This document shows, piece after piece, positions 48,178 to 48,391 of a stretch of 48,391 bases of DNA; position 1 is the stretch's first letter; each line of letters starts with the position of its first letter. Under the pieces are notes generated by a model that ran no database searches, was not told the DNA's origin, and saw nothing but the letters and a program-made list of their open reading frames with translations. A program made the position numbers and the translations under genes. The DNA comes from Octopus bimaculoides (lineage: Eukaryota). Where the stretch lies: NCBI RefSeq assembly GCF_001194135.2, contig NC_069002.1, positions 28,439,372-28,487,762 on the forward strand. Reading direction: 5' to 3'.

Positions 48178-48391
48178 TCGTTACTCATTTACTTGTTTCA
48201 GTCATTTGACTGTGGCCATGCTGGAGCACCGCCTTTAGTCGAGCAAATGGTCCCCAAGACTTATTCTTTGTAAGCCTAGTACTTATTCTATCGGTCTCTT
48301 TTGCCGAACCGCTAAGTTACGGGGACGTAAACACACCAGCATCGGTTGTCAAGCGATGTTGGGGGGACAAACACGCATATATATATATATA
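48178..48391 (-). mobile_element. SINE-B 3' half (runs off the window)
   Basis: tacttgtttcagtcatttgactgtggccatgctggagcaccgcctttagtcgag.. Confidence 0.88.

Noticed and set aside
5-48391. Dozens of 60-350 aa ORFs rich in VC/YI/HT or X
   Set aside because: They are translations of (TG)n, (TA)n, (CA)n tracts, N-gaps or SINE sequence, with no coding signal.

Overview
Eukaryotic, AT-rich genomic DNA that is dense in repeats. It contains 10 N-gaps totalling about 3.6 kb (4683-5279, 14788-15015, 17579-17895, 21749-22164, 24808-24835, 26367-27298, 28567-29191, 29878-29977, 31169-31428, 33708-33770). The SINE types and microsatellite load look like an octopus (coleoid cephalopod) draft assembly; this is recognition from memory, not a database result. 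One protein-coding feature is well supported: a ~2 kb terminal exon on + (acceptor at 39913/39914, stop at 41931) encoding a multi-pass membrane protein that resembles the Tincar family, with a long disordered tail. Its upstream exons were not found in the preceding 39.9 kb. The rest is intron or intergenic DNA holding more than 40 copies or fragments of at least four tRNA-derived SINE types (labelled A-D here), a decayed full-length mariner with both TIRs, a CR1/Jockey-type LINE 3' fragment, a Helentron-associated HINE-like element, two hAT-type MITEs, two long fold-back structures and many microsatellites. Almost all other ORFs in the supplied track are microsatellite or N-gap artefacts. I see no evidence of a novel multi-gene system. 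The most interesting signals are linear motifs in the Tincar-like tail, modular SINE architecture with a shared conserved hairpin, and dsRNA-capable inverted repeats in the probable intron. SINE boundaries are approximate (about +/-10 nt) unless a TSD is given.
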